Shown piece after piece: positions 27,285 to 39,999 of a DNA stretch of 64,000 bases (position 1 is the first letter of the stretch; each line of letters opens with the position of its first letter). Made by a program: the position numbers and the translations under genes. Source of the DNA: Chiloscyllium plagiosum. Lineage: Eukaryota. Below the pieces are notes generated by a model. The model had not been told where the DNA came from, searched no databases, and saw only the letters and a list, made by a program, of their open reading frames with translations. The stretch covers positions 45,147,605 through 45,211,604 of the forward strand of contig NC_057734.1 in the NCBI RefSeq assembly GCF_004010195.1, read 5' to 3'.

Positions 27285-29851
27285 GTAAGTATTCAACAAA
27301 CTTCACTGACTGATGGGAAGTGACGATACTGATCAACTGAAGCCTCCCCTCTGACTCTGCTCTACATTTTGCAGGTTCGAATGCGGCGGTTACATTAACC
27401 CAACCGAAATCGATCTCCATCGAGCCGCAAGGCACTGTTAAATTAAGTTGCACCGTCTCTGGCACTTCCTTGGGAAACGGCGACGTGGGCTGGTACCAGC
27501 AGAAATCCGGGAATACTCCTCGATTCCTACTCTACCATGATCTCAACCGCGAGGTCAAGGGTACGGGGGTCCCCGCTCGATTCTCTGGGAGGAGTCAATC
27601 GTCAACAAATGCCGCGTATTTAACCATCAGCGGAGTTCAAGCGGAGGATGACGCCAACTATTATTGTGGTTGGGGTAGCTACGGCTTCGGCGGAGGGACC
27701 GAACTCACTGTTCTGAGTAAGTAGCCGTACAGTAGACCCTTCTTTTCTGTGTCTAATAGTTAGTCAAACTTGTACTTGTTTAGATGATCAATGAAGTAAT
27801 GTGAGTGAGATGAAGCAACTGTGGCTGTAGATTGGCATCAACAATTGTTTGGGATACAAAACTATCACACGAACAAAACGTAAAAGGAACGATTTGTTTC
27901 CTATCTACAAAGAGTTCCACTTTCTTGGCGAGATTGTGAAAGACTTCTAATTCCAAAGTTAGCAACTGTATCAATGCGTTTTACCTGTTGTGTTTAATCG
28001 GAGCTTTTTTTTCAAAAAGATCGTTGAGAACACATCGAGCCGACAACAAAAGCAGGCTACAGTGTCAAATGTGGAGCAGCGATTGTGATCGAGTAGGACA
28101 CTTTTTACCGCAGTTTTTATATCATAGCTCCATAACTTCCCGGACTACCCAAGAGCGTGAGCATGGCTTTAACCTTGCTGTGATCCTCTTCCCTGTCTAC
28201 TGCTTTAAGGTTTCCCAACGACTCTTGCCATCCATCCATTTACAAAATGGTCTTAGATGGATTATGCACAAATTCTATTATACAGATTTACGTTATTTTA
28301 AAAAGACTGTAAAATGTTGTCTTCTTTGTTTAGACACGGCGCGAACACTGCTTTGAAAGTTATCCACATTTTAGCCAATATTTGAAAGGTGCCATTCTTC
28401 AAAATTGAAGGTAGTTTAACAACCTCCTTCCTCGAACAGAATATTTTCTCTTGGCTAAAACTAACGAAATTGTTCAGCTGTTAGCAAGGAAAGGAATTAC
28501 AATGTATGGCACTCGAAATAATTGTTTACTTTGTTCAATGGAAAGAGTTCAATGAAACGAACTGTCATTGAACTCCAGAGAAGTGATCCTTCCAATTCAC
28601 TCCAAAAGTTAAAGAAACTATGGTTTTAAATCGCTTCGTTCACAATTGCAGATAAATGTGCATTGTAAATGAAATAATAATCCTTACCGTGTATTGAACA
28701 TTGTAATTTGGAGTACTGGAAGGCAATTTAAACATAGAAAGGCCCCATAAGCTGCAATGTGGTATTGATCAAATCGTTTGCTGTATAAATATTGTTTGCA
28801 GCTTACAAATTGACCAGGAAAGCAGCGAGAATTATGTTGTTTTCCTCTCTCTTCAAATAGTACTGATGTTTTGTATTGGATCAAACACCGCTGCCGGTAT
28901 GATATGCTCTGGGTGTTACCTACTATGTTAGCTCATGCAAACATATGCCAGAAAGATCGGATTCTTGTTGAGACAGATGTCTTCATCTTTATTAGGAGCA
29001 ACACTAACTACAGAGTACTTGCATTGCTATAACATCTTAGACATACTCGTCACCTGGATTTCTGGGCTTTCTGATGTTATTCTAAATTATATACTCATAA
29101 CACTTGACTCCATTGCTCTGAGAGAGTGGTCGAAGACGAGGTGGGTTATTTTGTACCTGAACATTACATGTTTTGATGTCATCTAAGTACCTTAACGGTA
29201 GCCTTGTCAGGACTGGAATTAGTGCAATTACGCAAGTACCTCCAGATCATTTAGAGCTACCAAATGCCCTCGATTAACGACAGTTAGACGTTTTAACTTA
29301 AAGAAGGAATCTGGGTTAGTGCTACTCTATCTCAACGCCTTAGTCAAACAAAATCATCTGCTCAAGATTCGTGCGTCTTGAGCCCATTAAAGATTTGTAA
29401 AAGTGCAAGAATTGATCAAGGAAATGTATCAAGTGCTCATTTATTGCTACTAGTATTTAATTGTAAGCATATTTACGACGCAATAGTTTTATTTTTGATT
29501 AACACAATCCATTTCATTGCAGCCCTGGAAGCGACTCGCCCTTCGGTATCTCTTCTCCCGCCGTCGCCCGATCAGATCTCCGCAGATGACACAGCGACCC
29601 TGGTGTGTCTGGTGAATCATTTCTTCCCTGGTTCGGTGGAAGTTTCCTGGAGTGTGGACGGTGAGACCACGGACAGTGGTGTCCAGACTACTCAGGCAGT
29701 GCGGGGCACCGACCAGACATACAGTGTGAGCAGTTATCTGACCCTGACCGCCGCCCAGTGGAACTCACACGAAGTCTACACCTGCGGCGTTACACACGAG
29801 TCTCTCTCATCTCAGCTCAAGCAAAGCATCAAGAGATCAGGCTGCGAGTGA
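27236..29851 (+). CDS. IGL: Immunoglobulin light chain IgL-A, germline-joined VJ-C, divergent lambda-like; join(27236..27284,27375..27716,29523..29851)
   Basis: Three exons with GT-AG phase-1 introns splice into one ORF: leader MFHWERVITTLLIGAVCSNA; V with C23, W41 (WYQQKSG) and YYC; CDR3 GWGSYG; J FGGGTELTVL; C1-set domain ending SIKRSGCE. Confidence 0.95.
27375..27716 (+). CDS. IgL-A pre-joined VJ exon
   Basis: Acceptor TTTTGCAG at 27367-27374; AVTLTQPKSIS...SCTVSG...WYQQKSGNTPRFLLY...DDANYYCGWGSYGFGGGTELTVL; donor GTAAGT at 27717. No RSS between V and J. Confidence 0.96.
29523..29851 (+). CDS. IgL-A constant exon
   Basis: Acceptor TTGCAG ending 29522; PSVSLLPPS...ATLVCLV...W...YSVSSYLTL...YTCGVTH...C; stop TGA at 29849-29851. 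Confidence 0.96.
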
Positions 29852-30003
29852 CAGGAGAGAATCCCCCTCCTTTCCACGGGCGCAAACTATCATTCAGAAT
29901 GTTCATGTTGGAAAGCAGTGTCCAGTTATTCGAAACGTATTCCTTTTCTTCACAATTTTGCAGAAACGTTAATGTATTCGTCTGGAATTTAAAGTAATTG
30001 CGC

Positions 30004-30009
30004 AATAAA
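30004..30009 (+). terminator. polyA signal of IgL-A
   Basis: AATAAA about 150 nt after the stop codon, followed by GT/T-rich sequence. Confidence 0.8.
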
Positions 30010-31418
30010 GAATGATTTTAATCGTCGCGGTGCGTTTTATAAATGTGTTGAAGGTAGATTTTTTTTAGGTTAACACTGATAGCATTTCAGTTATTCATGC
30101 GGTGCGTGCCAATCAATACAATCGACTGACACTTCCTCCTGGTCCTTTGGCAGTCAGTTTTATCACTCCCGATATGCTAGTTTGTCATTTTCTCACTCTC
30201 AGGTGAAGAGCAAAGAGGCAGACTATAAGACTACCTCATGTGGAATGTGAACTCAACCTACACTGTTGGTATTGAAGTAAACCGGCCCTCAACTATATAT
30301 TTAGCCTTACAAATGAATTGCACTATTGCATCCTGCTTTTGTACTCAATTTGATCTGATAAACAATCATTATTTGTTTTATAAGTAACTTGCGCAAGCAA
30401 AACTCAAGCATCAAATTAATTAATTGACTCATCGAGATAATCATTGTCAAAAATGTTTTCAAACAAATAAATCCTCTTTGGCACCCTTAACTTTACAATG
30501 TAGATTAAAGTAGCAGTAGACAGTATGAAGAGGCAGCTATAGTCCGAAACTTGCATACTTCCTACTTTAGTAGCGACACCTTAATGAAACGTTGCACTAC
30601 TAATATCTTCCCAAATGAAATTGAAAAACTATTTTCTGTAATCATTTAAAGGCTGCTGAACCTGAAAACAAATATAAATTGGGATATCTTAATTCACATT
30701 TGCAATAATGAAAGAAAGCTAGAAGAAACGTATATTTATATGCCAGGCAATTTACTCGGCTTGTTGAAACTTTTGTGTTCGACTATGTTGGCATTGGCAC
30801 CTATACTCAAGTGCCTGCCCAATTCAGCTTCGAACCTATAACAGGGACCCCTGAAAGTGGGTTTCCTATCGGGAAAGCGTGTTGCTTCTGCTGTATTCGT
30901 TATCCAAAGCAGTACATCTTCCCATTTTAGCAATACATGCTGTATTCTGATTTTGAATTTAAAAAGAAACCGAGTGTGTGCAAGGGCTCACACGGTTTCG
31001 AGTAGAGGGAAAGGCCGTTACTGATTGCCCAAATCACCATACACAACGGCATGTTTTAGAAATGTGCTTATTCCAATAGGGACAATTCCTGCTCCAACTA
31101 TGCAGCCATATCTGTTTGAAACGCTCGATTCTTGCAAGTGATGGTATCGTATTGCCAATGAGGAACATATTACCCTGTGGCTTAAGTCCCTTTACTGTGG
31201 TCGCGGCCCTGATGGTTTATGGGGGCTATGAGGACATTCATTCCTCTGAGTTGTGCTGTGCTGCACAACGCAACGCGCAGGGAGGATCCTGAAATAGCAT
31301 CTTTGATACATCACTGTATATCATGCGATATCTGCGGCCTTTCACGCCCTGTACAACTAAGTACCACTGTAGACAATATCATGGATTTCACTTGAGACAC
31401 TAAAAAGGCGAGGAGTTC

Positions 31419-32085
31419 GTGTACTATCTAATGGCAGAAATTCACAAAAGTTAGACAGGACTTTCCAAACCAATGACCACTTCCAACCATAAGATCAAGG
31501 GCAGCAAATACATGGGCACACCACCACTTGAAAGTTTCCTTCCAAGACACTCTCAAATCTGACTTGGAAATATATTGTCATTCCTTCCGTGTCGCTGGGT
31601 CAAAATCCTGGAATTCCCTCCCCAACAGCATCATGGGTCTGCCTACAACACATGCACTGCAATGATTCAAGAAAACAGCTCACCAACACTGTCTCAAGGC
31701 AACTAGGGGCAGACAATACATGTTAGCCAGCCATGCCCATGTCCCATAAGTGTACTATCTAATGGCAGAAATTCACAAAAGTTAGACAGGACTTTCCAAA
31801 CCAATGACCACTTCCAACCATAAGATCAAGGGCAGCAAATACATGGGCACATCACCACTTGAAAGTTTCCTTCCAAGGCACTCTCAAATCTGACTTGGAA
31901 ATATATTGTCGTTCCTTCCGTGTCGCTGGGTCAAAATCCTGGAATTCCCTCCCCAACAGCATCATGGGTCTGCCTACAACACATGCACTGCAATGATTCA
32001 AGAAGACAGCTCACCAACACTGTCTCAAGGCAACTAGGGGCAGACAATACATGTTAGCCAGCTAGCCAGCCATGCCCATATCCCA
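31419..32085 (+). repeat. Recent tandem duplication (331-bp period) of a LINE 3'-end fragment
   Basis: GTGTACTATCTAATGGCAGAAATTC starts at both 31419 and 31750; the copies are nearly identical. Unit resembles repeats at about 50200-50500 and 51470-51740. Confidence 0.92.
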
Positions 32086-32189
32086 GAAATTCTAAATACT
32101 GCTACATCCTTGATAAAAGGCTCTAGAATTGTGGTGGAAGATAATCAAGGGGTAAAAATGCATTGTGCTGAGATCTGCAGGTTCATGAG

Positions 32190-32556
32190 AGCCCTTAATC
32201 TTTTCAAATTCATTCATGGGACAAGGGCATTGCTGGCTGGACCAGCATTTACTACTCATCCTGATTGCCCAGAGGGCAGTTAAGAGTTAACCACAATGCT
32301 ATGGGTCTGACGTCACATTTAGGCCAAACCAGATAAGGATGGCAGCTTCCTTCCTTAAAGAACATTAGTGAACCAGGTGGGTTTTTCCAACAATCGACAA
32401 TGGTTTCACGGTCATCAATAGATCTTAATTCCAGGATTTTTTTTAAAAAATGAAGTTCCACCATCTGCCATGGCAGGATTTGAACCCAAGTTCCTAGAAC
32501 ATTACCTAGATTTTGGATTAACAGTCCAACGCTAATAGCATTGGGCCATTACCGCC
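32190..32556 (-). mobile_element. Older tRNA-derived SINE with LINE-derived tail
   Basis: Minus strand begins with an A-box-like TGGCCCAATGC and B box GGTTCAAATCC; related to a copy at about 3976-4310 (+). Confidence 0.55.
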
Positions 32557-33278
32557 CCAAAATTCCAAAAACGGACCATAAAACAAATAACACTTGGCAT
32601 TTGAAGGGCAAAACTTTGCCAAAACCCTGACTGCCAGAATATAGTATTTCAACCATTTGTTCAGAGCAGAAAAGCTACGGTGATTTCCTCTAAAGGACAA
32701 AGTAAAGGACAGCAGAAAGAGTCAACTGAAGGGCAGTTAGATGACAAATGTCAGAATGATTGCAGATGACCTCGAAAAGATGTGAGAATGACATAAGACT
32801 AACATCCCATAACTCAGATTTCCTGCCAGCAATCAGAGCAAACAACAACGTTGTCCATCACAATGAAGAACAGAGCAAGCAACTATGAGCTAACCACTTG
32901 CATTAAGAACAACATTCTCTCTAAGATGCGCAGCCACTCCAAGAGTGTGGACACATCAACTGACATGTTATCACAATTCCCATTTTCAATTTCAGATTTC
33001 CCGAAGTTGCTGCTGCACACGGACCTTGGAGTTCCATGCAAAAGAAAAAAAAAAGATCGGGAATGTAGATATGCAATTGGAAACTTGCTCAAATTTCCCC
33101 CATTTTCCCAGAATTAGCCAGCTTTTGTATGCAGTCCAGCATAAATCAGTGCTCTTCGACTTCCACGATCAAGGATATCTTCCGCCTACTCCGGTGTAAT
33201 GTGCCCTGAGATAGTTAAATAATCCAATGCTGGATCTGTGCACTCTCTCAGGTGGGACAGATCACTTTTGGGGGAGGT

Positions 33279-33550
33279 AGTGGGCGGCACGGTGGCACAG
33301 TGGTTAGCGCTGTTGCCTCACAGCGCCAGAGACCCGGGTTCAATTCCCGCCTCAGGCGACTGACTGTGTGGAGTTTGCACGTTCTCCCCGTGTCTGCGTG
33401 GGTTTCCTCCGGGTGGTCCGGATTCCTCCCACAATCCAAAGAGGTGCAGGTCAGGTGAATTGGCCATGCTAAATTGCCCGTAGTGTGGTCGGTATGGACT
33501 TGTTGGGCCGAAGGGCCTGTTTCCACACTGTAATGTAATCTAATCTAATC
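33279..33550 (+). mobile_element. V-SINE (HE1-like) with internal deletion
   Basis: High identity to 18899-19210; (TAATC)n tail. Confidence 0.9.
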
Positions 33551-35719
33551 GAAAAATTCGTGCTTCCATCTTCATCAATTGGTGACTCATTGTCTTTGAA
33601 ATTACCGAGTACCAGATTCACAGACGAAGCAATGGGAAGGTATAGAGAGTGACAGAAACTACGAAATCCGCGAGATCAATTTATCTGCTTCCAAGCGCAT
33701 CAATCATATTGACCACGAGGGAGAGAATAAAAAGACTGATAAACAAGGTTCTCATACCAGAAATGGATAAACCTGTTTCAGGTTGATTACTATACAACGA
33801 GACAGTGTTAATTCATAACTTTCTAGTAAATATTGCACCTGGAAATAAAAAGTGATCAGAGTACAATGAAATCCTATATGAAAATTGCAAGTGACGTATT
33901 CCGAGTGCAGAGAAGAATCGTGTGTTTAAACAAAGTCAACAATATATGTACATGGAGAGCTCTGACCAAAATAGATTGAATAAATAGACTTAAAGACGTG
34001 GCGATAAATGAATATTAGAAACAGTTGATAGTCACATCATATTGTGCAACAAACTGCGTTATAATTAAATAAACAAAATAAAATCAAGAGAGATCCATCA
34101 GTGGCTTACTAGCGCTTGAAGAATCATGTTTACTTTAAAATATAAGTCTCAAAATATTCCACCACGACTTGGAAATATTTTGCTGTTCCTACGCCATCTC
34201 GACCAGCGCAGAATCCTGGAGCTTCCTCCCCCAACAGCATGTGAGTGTACCTATAGCAGATAGACTGCAGCTCACCATTACCATCTCCAGGGGCATTCGA
34301 GATGGACAACAATCGCTGGTCCAGCCACCGCAACTTACATCCTCTGAATGAATAAAGCAGACGAATACAACCAAGCCGGAGGATTAGGGTGTTTCCGAAA
34401 CCAGTAAAAAAAACCGAAAAAGTCGATGAGAAAAAATAAAATGGAAGATGAAAGCAAACTAATCATTCGTATAAAAATCCATGATATTGTCTTCAGTGAT
34501 ACTTGGTGGGACAGGATGTGAAAGGTTGCAGATATCGCATAATGTACAGTCTTGTATCCGAAATACTATTTAAGGATCTTACCTGCACATTGTGTTGTGC
34601 AGGACAACACAACTCAGAGGAAGGAACTCCCATAAAGTCCCATAAACCATAAGGGCCGCAACCCTAGTAATGGACTTCAGCCACAGGGCAATATATCCCT
34701 CGTTGGCGATGTGATACAATAATTGCGAAAATCGAGCGTTTCAAACAGATATGGCTGCATAGTTGGAGAAGGAATTGTCCCTATTGAAATAAGGACAGTG
34801 CTAAAGCACGCTGTTGTGTATGGTGATTTGAGCAATCAGTAACAGCCTTTGCTCGCTCGATTTTTTATGAGCTTTAACAAGTAGATATTAAAAAAAAACA
34901 GCTCGCGCATAAGTATCAGTCCCTTAAAAATAGTCAAGAGAAATGATCGTGGGATGAGGAAATTACAGGTTTGGTGAACAAGCCATTTATGTTTGTCTCC
35001 ACAGTAGAAGACTCAAATTGAGTGTACGAAATAGAAGTTAACAAAAGAGCTAATAAAAATTAGGAACTTGTACAATTAATGTCAGCAGACAAAGTTATTG
35101 GCGACACTCAGCAAAATAGAATCAAACGAATTCCCGGACCCAATGGTCTATAGGATAAAGCTTTTTGAAAAAATAAATGTAGCTGCAGAGAGCGTGGATG
35201 TGATGGTTATGATTTTCAAAAATTCTTTGGCTTGCAGAAAAAGAGGATTTGAAATCCTTAAATGATGCTCTGCTATTCTAGAAAGGCTCCAGGTAGAAAA
35301 CAGCAAAGCAGGAACCAATTTAACTGGTATCAGTCGTGAGAAAATGCCGGACTCCCTTCATAAAGATTATAATGCATGATCAGAGAAAGACAACATGTTT
35401 TAATGAAATAAATCTTGTCGACAATGTTTTCATGACAGTGTTATAATTCACGAAAACAGAATTTTAAAGGTTGGTTTAAAGTCAAAGTTATTTAAAACTG
35501 ATTCAAAATTAAATCTGAAGAGCATCTGATTGTCGTTGTGGATTCAAATTGGACTCGTCTCTGGAAGAAACAAAAGAGGGCGTTCCCAGAAGTGAAAGGC
35601 ACATCACAAATTCTCCAATGGAATCTACAAAAAAAAATCTCCATTGACTGTGATGCCTTCCTTCAGGCACAAAGATCATTGATAAGAAAGTTTAAGGCAT
35701 GAAGAGCTGTCAAACAAGT

Positions 35720-37335
35720 GAGCAAAGTCAGAGCTCACATGACACCAGGTCATAATCAAACAGATTTATTTGAAATCACAAGCTTTCACCTCGCAGCCCC
35801 TTCATTAGGTGAAGTGCGAGGGGAGAATATCCACACAGAATTTATAAGCAGTGAGATCAAGGGCAGAGAGATCAAAATATCATACAACTGATATGAGTAG
35901 AATGTCGAATACTAAGTCTCTGCAAGCTACCAAAAGTGTTAGATGACGTGAGTAAAGTGTCAACAGCTGAATAACAAGGAAGGAGATGACCTATAATCTA
36001 ATTAAATGAGGCAGAGAGATAATTACAGAAAAATAAAAGTAATGTAGTGCTAGAGCCAAACTAAATGATTGGAATAACATGATATGTTATAAATGGTAAC
36101 CTCATGATGCTGCACTTCCCTACGGATAAGTCCTGCGCATACATAGGATCTACTCAGACAAGGAGGAATGTAATGGACACTTAAAGATTTTGAAGGACAC
36201 CATCACAAGAACGGGATATTATGCTCAACTCATCGAACACACCTTCTAATATGCCATGGCGAAAAACCACAATGACCTCCTCAGATGGCAAGCATAGGAT
36301 ACGACCCATAGAGCACCTTTAGTCTTCCAGTACTTCCCTGGAGCAGAGAGACTACCTCATGTTTTTCACAGACTTCAACATGTCATCAATGACGACGAGC
36401 CTCTGGCCATGGATCATTGACATAGATATTACAATCACACGTGGCAACACCATTCACCACTTACATGGCAGATACTCATGTGACTTGGCCAATATTGTCT
36501 ATCTCATATGCAGCAAGCGAGGATGCCCCGAGGCATAGTATATTGGCGAGAACATGCAGGTGCTACAGCAAAGGAGGAATGGACACTGTGCAACAATCGC
36601 CAGAAAGGAATGTTCCTTCCAGTCAGGGAGCACTTCAGCGGCAAAGAATATCCAGCCTTCGATCTTTGGGTAAGCGTCCTCCAAGACAGACCCCGAGATA
36701 CATAACTATACAGAATCGTCCAGCAGAAACTGATTGCCAAGTTCTTGTACCCATGAAGACGACCTCAACAGTGATCTTGGGTTCATGTCCCGCTATACGT
36801 GACTACATTGCACTACCGTTTGTCTGTAAAATCTTACTGTCCTGTTTGACACAGTCACCTTGATAAATTGTTATGATCTCTCTACCTTAATTAGTTTGCA
36901 TTTTTGGATTATTTATTACTTTGGTTAGAGCTTTAGCATGCGACTCTTGTACCTGTCATGTTATTACAGTCATTTAGTTTGTTTCCAACACCACCTTATT
37001 TGTAACTATCTGTAAGTATCTCTCTGCTTCATTTAATGCGATTATAGGTCATTGATATTCAGCTGTTGACACTTTACTCAGGCCACTCTTGGTCACCTAC
37101 AGATACTTATTATTCGACATTCCGTTCACATCAATTGTATGATATTTCAATCTTTCTGCCCTTGATCTCTCTGCCTATAAATTCTGTGTGCGTATGTCCC
37201 CTCTCACTTGACTTGACTAAGGGGCTGCGCTCCGAAAGTTTGTGATTTCAAATAAACTTGTTAGAATATAATCTGGTGTCGTGTGACTTCTGACTTTGTC
37301 CTCCCAAGTCCAACACCGGCGCTTCCACATCACAA
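35720..37335 (+). mobile_element. Older Penelope-like element with inverted arms and degenerate GIY-YIG core
   Basis: About 36130-36800 is homologous to 17530-18326 (ANIVYLI, REHFSG, DLWVSVLQ). About 35720-36040 is inverted relative to about 37010-37300. Hammerhead remnant at about 37213-37245. Confidence 0.85.
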
Positions 37336-39499
37336 CAGGTGGGAGAGGGGATAACCGACTTATTTGAATGACTCTTCCACCTTATTTGGAGGGTGCCTGA
37401 GCAGTTTGTCCAGGTCACGTGATACAGTGGCGATCTTCCATCACCGTTCAAATGAAAGAAAAATGCTGCACAGACAGACTTCTTTTCACGAAGGAGAGTG
37501 GGGTTCAGCGACAGCAATCCAGCTGCCGGAGTGAATTGGGCAAGTTCTCAGTTGTCTCAATTAGCTGAACGGATTTGCGACGCAGTGGGATACTGATAGC
37601 GCGGGTTGGGTTGCCTCCAAAACCTCACTTGTTCAATTTCACTCCTCGCGTAAGGCGTGGTGACAGTCAGGTTAATCCCGCCACTAGTTATCTCTTTCGA
37701 ACGTGAGAGTGGTGAGCTGGGACTATGGGGACTTTACATTCACCTTATATATACAGCAATGAATTTTCTACCCCATCCCTCACAACATTTCTGGAGAATT
37801 AAGCATTCACATCCTCACCTTCGAAATCTAAACGCTGGCCTTCGGAGACATTTGAAGACCCAAGTTCAGACTGTTGGTGCACACTGGTGACATGCAGCGG
37901 CACCACAAGTCTCTTAAGTTAACCACTGGGAAGATCGTCATTGTCTTCAGTTTTAATTTTCTCCTTATTGAAGAGTGGGAAGTAAGCATTAGCCGGTCCA
38001 GGGCTGTACTTGTTGCCTCTCAGTAGTTGCACTTGACAACGTTGCAGTGATCCACGTTCACGAACGGCAATCCATCTGGTGTGCATATATCTACAATGCT
38101 GTTAGGGAGGAAGGTCCAGGATTTTGACCTAGCAATCTGAGGGAATGACAGTATACTTCTGAGTCAGGACGGTGTGTAGTTTGATGAAAAAAATCACAAA
38201 TAGACATGTTCCCATCCTTTTTTCTTTGCCCTTGTCCTTGTAGGTGGTAGAAGCCACGAGCTTGAAAGATACTGTTGAACAGCGGCTTAATGCTGTGCTG
38301 AGAAGCAGAATGCTATATCTGTTACACACTGCTTACACTATTAGTGGTGAGGCGTTAGATTATTACTGATGGCAGAGGGAATGTACATCAAACAGGCTGC
38401 TTTGTCCTGGATGATGCTGAAGTATTTACATCTCGCTGCGGTTGCACTTATCAGACAACAGGGGAGTACTATATTACACTGATGATTTTTTGGCTTGTGT
38501 GCAGCGACCAAATCAGGTTCAAACTGCAGAAATCCCAGCTTGTGGCCTGCAATTGCAGCTGCTGTAAGCATATGGTTGCTCCAGTTGGGTTTTTAGTCAA
38601 TGGTAATCCCCAAGATGTTAATAATGAACGATTTAGCAATGTTGCGCCTTTGAAAGTCAATGTGAATAGATTCTGTCATGTTGGAGATTGTCATTGCTTC
38701 TCATTTGCGAGACATGATTGTTGCTTGTCACTATATCCTAGCATGAATATTGTTTGGGCTTCGTTGTAAATGAATACAGAATGTCTGGTATCTGAAGAAT
38801 CACAAATGGTATTGAAAAATCATCAGTGGAGAATCCATTAATGAAACAGTTAAAAATAGCTGGGTCCAAACAATAACCGTGTGATACATATACAGTGACG
38901 TCTGAGGACTGAGCTGATTGGCTTCCAACAACCATGACTGTCTTTCCTTATCATAGATTTGACCAAGTATTGGTGTTACTGATGTCAATGACCTCGATTT
39001 TGCTCGGACTCTTTGATGCCACAGTTGGTATCAAAGATGCTGGCATGATATCAAGTGCAGTCACTCTCGGCTCATCTCTTGAAGTCAGTTCTTTTAGCCA
39101 TGTATGAAGTAATGCGTTCCTTAAATCAGGTGTGGAGTGGTCACGAGGAACCCAAACTGAGCAGCTGTGAGCACAGCTTTGCTGTGAAACTCATTTGATA
39201 GCATAGTTGATGACACATTCCATTACTTCTATAAGGATTGAGAGGAGTCCGTGGATGGATAGTTGACCATGTGAGATTGGCCTGGCTTTTTATGGACGAG
39301 GCATATGTGGACATTGTCAGGTAGATTTCAAGCTATTGCAGTACTGCAGGAGCTTGCTTTTTGGCGTGACTAGTTTTGGGTCAGCAGTCTTCAGTACAAC
39401 TGACGGGATATTGTCTGTCTAATATCCTTTGCTGTACCATTCCTTCAGCCATTACTGAAACATTCTTCCATGCAGTTCTTAACTGTTGACTTGATAGTT

Positions 39500-39705
39500 A
39501 TAGTTAAAAATCACACAACATCAAGTTATAGGCCAACATGTTTATTTGGAATCACTAGCTTTTGGAACACTTCATCAGGTTGACCACCTGATGAAGAAGC
39601 AGCGCTCCAAAAGCTAGTGTTTCCAAATAACCTGTTGGACTATAACCTGGTGTTGTGTGATTTTTAATTGTGTGCACCCAGTCCAACACCATCAACTCCA
39701 AACCT
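39500..39705. mobile_element. Miniature fold-back element made of two inverted PLE pseudo-LTR ends
   Basis: AAAAATCACACAACA...TGTTGTGTGATTTTT; central CTTCATCAGG/CCTGATGAAG. Confidence 0.8.
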
Positions 39706-39999
39706 TGATTGTTATACTGATCTCCTGGTTGATAGCTCATTCCCAACATATAACAGTTGATTCAAAATTCTGCATTGATTTCTGATATTCCTTTATTCCA
39801 TTACTCACGGATCTAGATTAATATCTAGTCAGTGAATCTTCAAGTGTAAAGACCTCACTCGCTTGTGAAAACAGCTACATGAACTTTCTTCACAAAGAAC
39901 CTTATCCATGTCTAACTAGATGCCATGCATGTCCTCTATTCCGTTCCAACAACACTGAAAGTTGTTTCTTCATCCACCAAGTCCATTCATTGGTAATTC

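Larger units (their letters stand above)
31010..34850. repeat. Diverged ~380-bp inverted repeat pair (31010-31388 and 34475-34850)
   Basis: Collinear reverse-complement match throughout, e.g. CTCCAACTATGCAGCCATATCTGTTTGAAACGCTCGATT versus AATCGAGCGTTTCAAACAGATATGGCTGCATAGTTGGAG; roughly 80% identity by eye. Confidence 0.88.

Noticed and set aside
29378-29522. Open frame upstream of the IgL-A C exon, suggesting a lambda5-like unique region
   Set aside because: Starts at TTG, is intronic and AT-rich, and a good phase-matched acceptor at 29522 explains the C exon fully.
27717-29522. Intronic enhancer motifs (E-boxes, Ets-like GGAA) in the J-C introns
   Set aside because: Short motifs at background frequency, with no cluster shared between the two genes.
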